A DNA stretch of 64,000 bases from positions 103,914,001 to 103,978,000 of the forward strand of contig NC_086107.1 of the NCBI RefSeq assembly GCF_963921235.1, read 5' to 3'. Position numbers and translations under genes: made by a program. Shown here one piece after another: positions 1 to 10,884 of this stretch. The notes beneath the pieces are model-generated. The model did no database searches, was not told where the DNA came from, and worked only from the letters and a program-made list of their open reading frames with translations. Source of the stretch: Mobula hypostoma. Lineage: Eukaryota. The number at the start of each line of letters is the position of its first letter. Position 1 is the stretch's first letter.

Positions 1-499
1 GGAGTATGTCGTCCTGTACGTACAGCCTCGTACCCTGCCCCATGTGCTGTTTCTATCTGACATGGGGGTGGGGGGGGGGGAAGTGTTTACAGTCCACATA
101 CAGAGAGGCAAAGTAGAATGATTTCCTTGCAAAGGTGACTATTAACAAAGGTCATTCTCAAAACAAAATTTTAAATACACAGAATTGCATTGAGCTGTGG
201 TTTTATTGCCTAAAATAGGTGTGAACAAATATTTAAACAAGGTAAACCTATTGTCCCATCCCCAACTTGGACCGTATTTCTTCGGCTCTTTTCACCCTTA
301 TACCTGCTTCCAGTGCTGTAATGATCCTTCACTCTGCCCTCAGCCTGCAGATGCAATAGTACTACAGTATTTCATAAGACCTACATGTTTCTTTTAATAA
401 ATTCCCTCCCATCTACTGAACTTTTTTTTTAACTACACTTCCTTTATTTTGAACCATTATGCGCGTTTCCTCAAATATGTCTGTTTCCTCAAAGATAAG

Positions 500-3400
500 A
501 TATCCTGAAGTGGGAGGGTGAGGATCCAGAGGTCGTGGTACATATAGGTACCAATGACATAGGTAGGAAAAAGGAAAAGGTCCTGAAAGGAGAATATAGG
601 GAGCTAGGAAGGGAGTTGAGAAAAAGGACCGCAAAGGTAGTAATCTCGGGATGACTGCCTGTGCCACGCGACAGTGAGAGTAGGAATGCAATGAGGTGGA
701 GGATAAATGCGTGGCTGAGGGATTGGAGCAGGGGGCAGGGATTCAAGTTTTTGGATCATTGGGACCTCTTCTGGCGCAGGTGTGACCTGTACAAAAAGGA
801 CGGGTTACACTTGAATCCTAGGGGAACCAATATCCAGGCGGGGAGATTTGCGAGGGCTACTGAGGTGATTTAAACTAGAATGGTTGGGGGGTGGGAATCA
901 AATTAAAGAGACTAGGAGAGAGGAGGTTAGTTCACAACAGGGGGATGGGAACAAGTGCAGATAGACAGAGGGGTGTAAAATGAGGGTAGAAGCAAAAAGT
1001 AGTAAGGTGAAAAGTAAAAGTGGCAGGCTGGCAAATCCAGGGCAAAAATCAAAAAGGGCCACTTTTCAACATAATTGTATAAGGGCTAAGAGTGTTGTAA
1101 AAGCGAGCCTGAAGGCTTTGTGTGTCAATGCAAGGAGCATTCGTAACAAGGTGGATGAATTAAAAGTGCAGATTGTTATTAATGAATATGATATAGTTGG
1201 GATCACAGAGATATGGCTCCAGGGAGACCAAGGATGGGAGCTCAACATTCAGGGATATTCAATATTCAGGAGGGATAGACATGAAAGAAAAGGAAGTGGG
1301 GTAGCATTGCTGGTTAGAGAGGAGATTAATGCAATAGAAAGGAAGGACGTTAGCTGGGAGGATGTGGAATCGATATGGGTAGAGCTGCATAACACTAAGG
1401 GGTAGAAAACGCTGGTGGGAGTTGTGTACAGGCCACCTAACAGTAGTAGTGAGGTTGGGGATGGCATTAAACAGGAAATTAGAAATGTGTGCAATAAAGG
1501 AACAGCAGTTATGATGGGTGACTTCAATCTACATATAGATTGGGTGAACCAAATTGGTAAGGGTGCTGAGGAAGAGGATTTCTTAGAATGTATGCGGGAT
1601 GGTTTTTTGAACCAACATGTCGAAGAACCAACTAGAGAGCAGGCTATTCTAGACTGGGTATTGAGCAATGAGGAAGGGTTAATTAACAATCTTGTCATGA
1701 GAGCCCCTTGGGTAAGAGTGACCATAATATGGTGGAATTCTTCATTAAAATGGAGAGTGACATAGTTAATTCAGAAACAAAGGTTCTGAACTTAAAGAAG
1801 GGTAACTGTGAAGGTATGAGACGTGAATTAGCTAAGATAGACTGGCAAATGACACTTAAAGGGTTGACGGTGGATATGCAATGGCAAGCATTTAAAGATC
1901 GCATGAATGAACTACAACGATTGTTCATCCCAGTTTGGCAAAAGAATAAATCAGGGAAGGTAGTGCACCCGTGGCTGACAAGGGAAATTAGGGATAGTAT
2001 CAATTCCAAAGAAGAAGCATACAAATTAGCCAGAAAAAGTGGCTCACCTGAGGACTGGGAGAAATTCAGAGTCCAGCAGAGGAGGACAAAGGGCTTAATT
2101 AGGAAAGGGAAAAAAGATTATGAGAGAAAACTGGCAGGGAACATAAAAAATCTGACTGTAAAAGCTTTTATAGATATGTGAAAAGAAAAAGATTGGTTAA
2201 GACAAATGTAGGTCCCCTACAGACAGAAACATGTGAATTGATTATGGGGAGCAAGGACATGGCAGACCAATTGAATAACTACTTTGGTTCTGTCTGCACC
2301 AAGGAGGACATAAATAATCTTCCGGAAATAGTAGGGGGCAGAGGGTCCAATGAGATGGAGGAACTGAGGGAAATACATGATAGTAGGGAAGTGGTGTTAG
2401 GTAAATTGAAGGGATTAAAGGCAGATAAATCTCCAGGGCCAGATGGTCTGCATCCCAGAGTGCTAAGGAAAGTAGCCCAAGAAATAGTAGATGCATTAGT
2501 GATAATTTTTCAAAACTCTTTAGATTCTGGATTAGTTCCTGAGGATTGGAGGGTGGTTAATGTAACCCCACTTTTTAAAAAAGGAGGGAGCAAGAAACCA
2601 GGGAATTATAGACCAGTTAGCCTAACGTCGGTGGTGGGGAAACTGCTAGAGTCAGTTATCAAAGGTGTGATAACAGCACATTTGGAAAGCGGTGAAATCA
2701 TCGGACAAAGTCAGCATGGATTTGTGAAAGGAAAGTCATGTCTGACGAATCTCATAGAATTTTTTGAGGATGTAACTAGTAGAATGGATAGGGGAGAACC
2801 AGTGGATGTGGTATATTTGGATTTTCAAAAGGCTTTTGACAAGGTCCCACACAGGAGATTAGTGTGCAAACTTAAAGAACACGGTATTGGGGGTAAGGTA
2901 TTGATGTGGATAGAGAATTGGTTGGCAGACAGGAAGCAAAGAGTGGGAATAAACGGGACCTTTTCAGAATGGCAGGCAGTGATTAGCGGGGTACCGCAAG
3001 ATTCAGTGCTGGGACCCCAGTTGTTTACAATATATATTAATGACTTAGATGAGGGAATTAAATGCAGCATCTCCAAGTTTGTGGATGACACGAAGCTGGG
3101 CAGCAGTGTCAGTTGTGAGGAGGATACTAAGAGGATGCAGGGTGACTTGGATAGGTTAGGTGAGTGGGCAAATTCATGGCAGATGCAATTTAATGTGGAT
3201 AAATGTGAGGTTATCCACTTTGGTGGCAAAAACAGGAAAACAGATTATTATCTGAATGGTGGCCGATTAGGAAAAGGGGAGGTGCAACGAGACCTGGGTG
3301 TCATTATACACCAGTCATTGAAAGTGGGCATGCAGGTACAGCAGGCGGTGAAAAAGGCGAATGGTATGCTGGCATTCATAGCAAGAGGATTGGAGTACAG

Positions 3401-4010
3401 GAGCAGGAAGGTACTACTGCAGTTGTACAAGGCCTTGGTGAGACCACACCTGGAGTATTGTGTGCAGTTTTGGTCCCCTAATGTGAGGAAAGACATCCTT
3501 GCCATAGCAGGCGTACAAAGAAGGTTCACCAGATTGATTCCTGGGATGGCAGGACTTTCATATGATGAAAGACTGGATTGACTAGGCTTATACTGGTTGG
3601 AATTTAGAAGATTGAGGGGGGATCTTATTGAAACATATAAAATCCTAAAGGGATTGGACAGGCTAGATGCAGGAAGATTGATCCCGATGTTGGGGAGATC
3701 CAGAACAAGGGGTCACAGTTTGAGGATAAAGGGGAAGCCTTTTAGGACCGAAATTGGGAAAAACTTCTTCACACAGAGAGTGGTGAATCTGTGGAATTCT
3801 TTGCCACAGGAAACAGTTGAGGCCAGTTCATTGGCTATATTTAAGAGGGAGTTAGATATGGCCCTTGTGGCTACGGGGGTCAGGGGGTATGGAGGGAAGG
3901 CAGGTAGAGGGTTCTGAGTTGGATGATCAGCCATGATCATACTGAATGGCGATGCAGGCTCGAAGGGCCGAAGGGCCTACTCCTGCACCTATTTTCTATG
4001 TTTCTATGTA
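500..4010 (+). mobile_element. CR1-clade LINE (HER1-like), 5'-truncated and inactivated: end of ORF1 (esterase/SGNH-like), ORF2 (APE endonuclease + reverse transcriptase) and 3' tail
   Basis: ORF1 remnant PEVVVHIGTNDIG...DGLHLNPRGTN (~520-873). APE motifs NARSIRNK, GITEIW, GVVYRPP, MGDFN, SDHNMV (1110-1740). RT motifs PGNYRPVSLTS, YLDFQKAFDKVPH, VPQDSVLGP, FVDDTK (2178-3581). CR1 C-terminus FFTQRVVNLWNSLP. Tail cctactcctgcacctattttctatgtttctatg (~3976-4008). Disabled by stops at 1403-1405 and 3579-3581 and frameshifts near 1705 and 2150. Confidence 0.95.
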
Positions 4011-4029
4011 TTTGTATTAGCTTACAGAT

Positions 4030-4400
4030 CAACGCTAGCGGCTCTGGCAGTCTGCCTTCCAGTAACAGACTGGAAGCACAGTACCCACCCCTGCCGCCTT
4101 TCTCTGTCCGTGCCGGAGGGTGGGCGCCGGGCCGGTCCGAGGCTCCCTGGGCCTCAGCCACGCGGTGGGCTGAGGGGGAAGGAGCGGGAGGGCACGGCTC
4201 AGCCGGCTGAGCGGGCGGGCGGCTGTTGCAGGGGTGGGCGGAGCTGAGCTGATGCAACGTTGTGGTACTCGGAAGCGGATCCATGTGGATGCGTGGCGGG
4301 CCGGCGCGATGGTAACGTGGGGATCGATGAAAGGCGACGCAGTCTGAGGTAAAAGAAAATTAAGAGTCGGTGGGAACGGGGTCCGAGCGGCAAATGTTGG
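4030..4400. promoter_or_regulatory. CpG-rich, GC-rich island; candidate promoter or non-coding first exon
   Basis: Dense CpGs in an otherwise CpG-poor window, GGGCGG-type boxes (e.g. gtgggcggag ~4234), and a possible donor GAG|gtaaaa at 4348/4349. No transcript evidence. Confidence 0.45.
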
Positions 4401-4439
4401 GGCAAGGAGCGAGTGCAGGAGATGGAGGGAAGGGGAGGG

Positions 4440-5180
4440 CAATGGTCGGAAGGAGGAGAGGCGGGATGAGTGGGGGAGGGGGTAGCAGAGGTAGAGGTAG
4501 GGAAAACGGGGGTGGAAGGGGAAGGGGTTAGCAGAGGTAGAGATAGGGGAAACGGGGGTAGGAGGGGAAGGGGTTAGCAGGGGTAGGAGAGACAGGGTTA
4601 GTAGGGGTAGAGGTAGAGGAAACGGGGGTAGGAGGGGAAGGGGTTAGCAGAGGTAGAGGTAGGGGAAACGGGTAGGAGGGGAAGGGGTTAGCAGAGGTAG
4701 AGGTAGGGGAAACGGGGGTAGGAGGGGAAGGGGTTAGCAGGGGTAGGAGAGACAGGGTTAGTAGGGGTAGAGGTAGGGGAAACGGGGGTAGGAGGGGAAG
4801 GGGTTAGCCGGGGTAGGAGAGACAGGGTTAGTAGGGGAAGAGCTAGGGGAAACGGGGGTTGGAGGGGAAGAGGTAGGGGAGACGGGGGTGGGGAGGGAGC
4901 GGTTGGGGGAAGGGGTGGTGCGGATGGGGGTAGGAGGGGAAGGGGTTAGGGGTAGGAGAGACGGAGTTAGCAGTACAGGTAGGGGAAATAGGGTAATGGG
5001 TAGAGGTAGGGGAAACGGGGGTAGGAGGGGAAGGGTTTAGCAGGAGTAGGAGAGATGGGGTTAGCAGGGGTAGAAGGGGAAGAGGTAGGAGAGACGAGGG
5101 TGGGGAGGGACCGGTTGGAGGGGGGAAGGGGTGGTGCGGATGGGGGTAGGAGGGGAAGGGGTAGTGCAGATGGGGTAGAA
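4440..5180 (+). repeat. G/purine-rich degenerate minisatellite (ggggtaggaggggaaggggttagcag-type units)
   Basis: Directly visible repeated G-run units; the purine-rich tract resumes at 5948-6400 after the hAT insertion. Confidence 0.85.
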
Positions 5181-5947
5181 GGGGTATCCCACCTCTCCTG
5201 GAAGTCCTGGGAGTCTCCGGCATATTGATAGCAGCTCCCTGACACTCGCAAATTATATACAATATCCCTGAAATCGACTTTTTTTTGAGAGTGAGTGAGA
5301 GGGAGAGTGACAGAGAGCATCCTGATAGGTCTACCAGCACAGAGAGACCAATCAGTTTTATCTCTGTGCGGGTTTTACAGTCGACCTCTCTCTTTCTTTC
5401 ATTGTCCATCAGTTCAGTTTAGTGTCCCTCAGCGCCATGGCAGAGTGTTCCAAAAAAAGAAAATATAAAACGTACGTCACCCCAGACTACACTAAAGTGT
5501 ACCCCTGCCTAATAGGGGTCAAAAATAATGACGGTGTTGCTCGCTGCGCTGTTTGCAACAGTGACTTTTCTTTTGCCCATGGTGGGTTAAATGACTGTAA
5601 AAGACACTTTGAGGTGAGTTCTGGATTATGTCTCAAATAATCTTGAAGGACTGGTGCCAAACTACAAAAGTTTGCCAGTTGATGAGTTCTGGGGGAAGCT
5701 GTCCAAAGTAAAATCTGTGAGCACAGGGCAGTTGAGATTCAAATGCTCTGCCAGCTGATGAAGGTGCTTTTGGTGCTGCCAAATTCTAATTGTGATGTAG
5801 AAAGGGCATTAAGACAGAATTCAGAAGCCAGCCGTCTCACAAAACACTTGTGAATCTGATGTCTTGCGAAATTAACAAATTAATTGACACAGACTGCTAT
5901 GAGGTTGAGACCTCCCTGAAATGAGTTTTTGCAGGGTGGGATGTCTG
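5181..5947 (+). mobile_element. Internally deleted hAT DNA transposon (BED zinc-finger N-terminus + hATC dimerisation domain remnant)
   Basis: MAECSKKRKY...ARCAVCNSDFSFAHGGLNDCKRHFE (BED finger, from 5437) ends at a gag|gtgagt donor. It is followed by LPVDEFWGKL...LMKVLLVLPNSNCDVERA (hATC signature, ~5670-5810). Inverted termini share atcccacc (5186-5193) / ggtgggat (5935-5942). TSD not clear. Confidence 0.8.
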
Positions 5948-6669
5948 GTAGGAGAAATGGGGTTAGGGGGAGGGAAGGGCAATAGGAGAGAGGAGTGTAG
6001 TAGGGGAGGGAGTGGGAGAGGGACAAAGGGGGTTGAGGCGGAGGGGTAGTCGAGAAGATTGGGTGGGAATGGGTAGGGGAGAGCACAGGAGTGGAAAGAT
6101 AGAGTGGGGTGGTTGGAATTTGGAAGGGTACAGCTGATGGGGATAAAGGATGGCAAGAGATAAATAGGACAGGAATTGGGGGGAAGAAGTGGACTTAGTA
6201 GATAGGGCTGCGAGCTGGAGTGGAGCTGGGAGTCAGGGAAAGTTAGAAAGGATCAGGAGCAAAGAGAAGTAGAACAGAGTAAGGGGAGGATGAAGGAACC
6301 AGTGGGGTGGAAAAAGAAGGGTGTGAGTGAGGTGGGAAGAGGGACAGGTAAGTAAAGGGAAAATTTTGGGATATCTACTCTGGGCTGGAGTGGAAGTAAT
6401 GCGGACCAGTATGATTCAGTCATTGTGCTAAACGTAAGCACTATTAATATCAGGGTGGGGGTAGATTCTGTTCTGTCAACATGGTAAGCATGGCACTAAA
6501 TTAACGTGGAGAATATGTGTGGAACAAATAATGGAGAAATGAAGGTGGTTCTTGTTAACCATGACACAGAAAATATGCCATTCAGCCCAGTAGAGCAATT
6601 CCATGCTCCCCTTATTCTCCCGTCCTCCTGGGATTTATTCTCTTACATGTCCATTGACTCCCTTTTAAT

Positions 6670-8890
6670 TCCATAAGCAGAATCAGGCCATTTGGCCCAT
6701 CATAGCTGATATATTTCCCTCTCGATCCCATTCTCCTGCCTTCTCCCCATAACCTTTCACGCCCTGGCTAATCAAGAACCTATCAACCCTCACCTTAAAT
6801 GACGTGGCCTCCACTCCTCATACGATAAGCCTTTCATTCCCGGAATCATCCTTGTGAACCTACTCAAACCCTCTCCAATGTCAGCACATCCTTTCTTAAT
6901 TATGGGGCCTGAAACTGCTCACAATACTTCAAGTGAGGCCTCACCAGTACCTTGTAAAATCTCAGCAATACATTCTTATTTTTATCTTCCAGTCCTCTCA
7001 AAATAAATGCTAACATTGCATTTGACTTCCTCGCCACTGACTCAACCTGCAAACTAATCTTTAGGGAACCCTGCACGAGGATTCCCAAGTTCCTCTGCAC
7101 CTCAGATTTTTGAAATTTCCCCCCATTTAGAAAATAGCCTGTGCTTTTATTCTTTCTACCAAAGTGCTTGACCATACACTTACCAAAACAGTATTCCATT
7201 TGCCACTTCTTTGCCCCTTCTCCTAATCTGTTGTAAATCTTTCTGCAACCTCCCTGCTTTCTCAGCACAACCTGCTCCTCCACCTATTTTTGTATTGTAT
7301 GCAAATTTAGCGACAAAGCCATGAATTCCATTATCCATATCATTGATGTAACATAAAAAGAAGCAGTCCCAACACCAGACCCGCCAGAATATCACTAATC
7401 ACCAGCAGCCAACCAGAAAAGGCTCTGTTTACTCCCACTCTTTACTCCTGCCAATCAGCCAATCTTTTATTTATGCTAGTATCTACCCTGTAACACCATG
7501 GGCTCTTGTTAATTACAGGATTAATCTACCCTGTAACACCAGGCTCTTGTTAATTACAGGATTAATCTACCCTGTAACACCAGGCTCTTGTTAATTACAG
7601 GATTAATCTACCCTGTAACACCAGGCTCTTGTTAATTACAGGATTAATCTACCCTGTAACACCAGGCTCTTGTTAATTACAGGCTTAATCTACCCTGTAA
7701 CACCAGGCTCTTGTTAATTACAGGCTTAATCTACCCTGTAACACCAGGCTCTTGTTAATTACAGGCTTAATCTACCCTGTAACACCTTGCTCTTGTTAAT
7801 TACAGGCTTAATCTACCCTGTAACACCAGGCTCTTGTTAATTACAGGCTTAATCTACCCTGTAACACCAGGCTCTTGTTAATTACAGGATTAATCTACCC
7901 TGTAACACCAGGCTCTTGTTAATTACAGGCTTAATCTACCCTGTAACACCAGGCTCTTGTTAATTACAGGCTTAATCTACCCTGTAACACCAGGCTCTTG
8001 TTAATTACAGGCTTAATCTACCCTGTAACACCAGGCTCTTGTTAATTACAGGCTTAATCTACCCTGTAACACCAGGCTCTTGTTAATTACAGGCTTAATC
8101 TACCCTGTAACACCAGGCTCTTGTTAATTACAGGCTTAATCTACCCTGTAACACCAGGCTCTTGTTAATTACAGGCTTAATCTACCCTGTAACACCAGGC
8201 TCTTGTTAATTACAGGCTTAATCTACCCTGTAACACCAGGCTCTTGTTAATTACAGGCTTAATCTACCCTGTAACACCAGGCTCTTGTTAATTACAGGCT
8301 TAATCTACCCTGTAACACCAGGCTCTTGTTAATTACAGGATTAATCTACCCTGTAACACCAGGCTCTTGTTAATTACAGGTTTAATCTACCCTGTAACAC
8401 CAGGCTCTTGTTAATTACAGGCTTAATCTACCCTGTAACACCAGGCTCTTGTTAATTACAGGATTAATCTACCCTGTAACACCAGGCTCTTGTTAATTAC
8501 AGGCTTAATCTACCCTGTAACACCATGGGCTGTTATTAAGCAGCCTCATTTGTGGCACCTTGTCAAAAGCCTTCTGGAAGTCCCAAGTACTCCACATCCA
8601 CTGATCCTTCTCTGTCCATCCTGCTTGTTATTTCCTCAAAGAATTCCAGCAGATTTGTCAAACAAGATTAAGGAGACCATGCTGACTACGACCTATTTTA
8701 TCATGTGCCTCCAAGTACCCTGAAAGCACATCTTTAATAATTGACTTCAACATCTTCCCAACCACTGAGGTCAGGCTAACTTGCCTATAATTTCTTTTCT
8801 TCTGCCCCCCCCCCTTCCTGAAGAGTGGAGTGACTTTTGCAATTTTCCAATCCTACAGAACCATGCCAGAATCTATTGAATTCTTGAATG
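6670..8890 (-). mobile_element. Degenerate CR1 LINE fragment (RT to 3' end), interrupted by a 41-bp minisatellite
   Basis: Minus-strand ORFs KFAYNTKIGG, RLGEGAKKWQMEY, YKVLVRPHLKYCEQF. Colinear with the CR1 copy at 34506-35878. Confidence 0.85.
7481..8530 (+). repeat. 41-bp tandem minisatellite, ~26 near-identical copies (atctaccctgtaacaccaggctcttgttaattacaggctta)
   Basis: Units start at 7481 (43-bp variant), then 7524, 7565 ... 8508 at an exact 41-bp period. No spacers. Confidence 0.97.
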
Positions 8891-9257
8891 ATCATTTGAA
8901 TGTGCCTTTCACTTGGCACGTACCTACACAGGGGTGATGTATCCTATCCAGCTAATCTGCCAGCACATGTAGCAAGAATCTGGAGCCACACAATGATAGA
9001 ATGTGTGCCTCCACACAGACAGCATCGGGGCTTTGAGGCAGCCGTGCTAACTTTGGGGCTGATAGGGTCATGGAGTTACACAACACAGAAACAGACACTT
9101 TAGTACAACTTGCAAGGTGCCTACCTCATTAGTACCATTTGTCTGTGCTTAGCCGATAACCTCTCAACCAGGGGTAGCCAACCTTTTACATTCCATGCGT
9201 CAATTTTTTCACGCACGAGTTCAGATGTGATTTTTTCACGCATGAGTTCTATTTTAA

Positions 9258-10776
9258 GCAACATACATCAAAGTTGCTGGTAAACGCAGCAGGCCAAGCA
9301 GCATCTATAGGAAGAGGCGCAGTCGACGTTTCAGGCCGAGACCCTTCGTCAGGACTAACTGAAGGAAGAGTGAGTAAGGGATTTGAAAGCTGGAGGGGGA
9401 GGGGGAGATGCAAAATGATAGGAGAAGACAGGAGGGGGAGGGATAGAGCCGAGAGCTGGACAGGTGATAGGCAAAAGGGGATACGAGAGGATCATGGGAC
9501 AGGAGGTCCGGGAAGAAAGACAAGGAGGCGGGGGTGACCCAGAGGATGGGCAAGAGGTATATTCAGAGGGAGAAAAAGGAGAGTGAGACAAAGAATGTGT
9601 GCATAAAAATGAGTAACAGATGGGGTACGAGGGGGAGGTGGGGCCTTAGCGGAAGTTAGAGAAGTCGATGTTCATGCCATCAGGTTGGAGGCTACCCAGA
9701 CGGAATATAAGGTGTTGTTCCTCCAACCTGAGTGTGGCTTCATCTTTACAGGAGAGGAGGCCGTGGATAGACATGTCAGAATGGGAATGGGATGTGGAAT
9801 TAAAATGTGTGGCCACTGGGAGATCCTGCTTTCTCTGGCGGACAGAGCGTAGATGTTCAGCAAAGCGGTCTCCCAGTCTGCGTTGGGTCTCACCAATATA
9901 TAAAAGGCCACATCGGGAGCACCGGACGCAGTATATCACCCCAGTCGACTCACAGGTGAAGTGATGCCTCACCTGGAAGGACTGTTTGGGGCCCTGAATG
10001 GTGGTAAGGGAGGAAGTGTAAGGGCATGTGTAGCACTTGTTCCGCTTACACGGATAAGTGCCAGGAGGGAGATCAGTGGGGAGGGATGGGGGGGACGAAT
10101 GGACAAGGGAGTTGTGTAGGGAGCGATCCCTGCGGAATGCAGAGAGAAGGGGGGAGGGAAAGATGTGCTTAGTGGTGGGATCCCGTTGGAGGTGGCGGAA
10201 GTTACGGAGAATAATATGTTGGACCCGGAGGCTGGTGGGGTGGTAGGTGAGGACCAGGGGAACCTGGTCCTCACCTACTCCAGAGGACCAGGTGGTGGGA
10301 GGATGGAGTGAGAGCAGATGTACGTGAAATGGGGGAGATGCGTTTAAGAGCAGAGTTGATAGTGGAGGAAGGGAAGCCCCTTTCTTTAAAAAATGAAGAC
10401 ATCTCCCTCGTCCTAGAATGAAAAGCCTCATCCTGAGAGCAGATGCGGCGGAGACGGAGGAATTGCGAGAAGGGGATGGCGTTTTTGCAAGAGACAGGGT
10501 GAGAAGAGGAATAGTCCAGATAGCTGTGAGAGTCAGTAGGCTTATAGTAGACATCAGTGGATAAGCTGTCTCCAGAGACAGAGACAGAAAGATCTAGAAA
10601 GGGGAGGGAGGTGTCGGAAATGGACCAGGTAAACCTGAGGGCAGGGTGAAAGTTGGAGGCAAAGTTAATAAAGTCAGCGAGTTCTGCATGTGTGCAGGAA
10701 GCAGCGCCAATGCAGTCGTCGATGTAGCGAAGGAAAAGTGGGGGACAGATACCAGAATAGGCACGGAACATAGATT
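9258..10776 (-). mobile_element. Penelope-like retroelement, 5'-truncated: RT C-half + GIY-YIG endonuclease + pLTR/3' region
   Basis: PPLFLRYIDDCIG, LPFLDLSV, VYYKPTDSHSYLDYSSSHP (10271-10771) and GVIYCVRCSRCGLLYIGETQRRLGDRFAEH (GIY-YIG, 9646-10554 frame). 12-bp TSD gttctattttaa (9246-9257) / gttctatattaa (10777-10788). Confidence 0.93.
9321..9356 (-). ncRNA. Minimal type I hammerhead ribozyme in the Penelope pLTR
   Basis: Minus strand AGUC-CUGACGA-AGG-gucucgg-CCU-GAAA-CG-UC-GACU: intact core, stems I and II, and the palindromic ACGU stem III typical of dimeric PLE hammerheads. Confidence 0.8.
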
Positions 10777-10884
10777 GTTCTATATTAACGTTTTTTTACA
10801 AGAATTGAATGGGGGTACAAGATTTGAATGGCACATCTGAACTCGTGGAATGTAAAAGGTTGGCCACCCCTGCTCTAAACCTTT

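Larger units (their letters stand above)
9169..10872. mobile_element. hAT (Charlie-type) MITE split by the Penelope insertion
   Basis: ~27-bp TIRs caggggtagccaaccttttacattcca / tggaatgtaaaaggttggccacccctg. 8-bp TSD ctctcaac (9161-9168) / ctctaaac (10873-10880). Confidence 0.88.

Noticed and set aside
2178..3581. Active or domesticated reverse transcriptase gene
   Set aside because: Fragment of a CR1 ORF2 bounded by a frameshift and a CGA-to-TGA-type stop, with altered motifs (PQDS, FVDD).
4500..4960. Interstitial telomeric repeat
   Set aside because: Only isolated gggttag words within a longer G-rich unit; no (TTAGGG)n array.
7481..8530. CRISPR-like array (regular, partly palindromic repeat)
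   Set aside because: Units are head-to-tail with no unique spacers, derive from CR1 sequence, and there are no cas genes in this vertebrate context.
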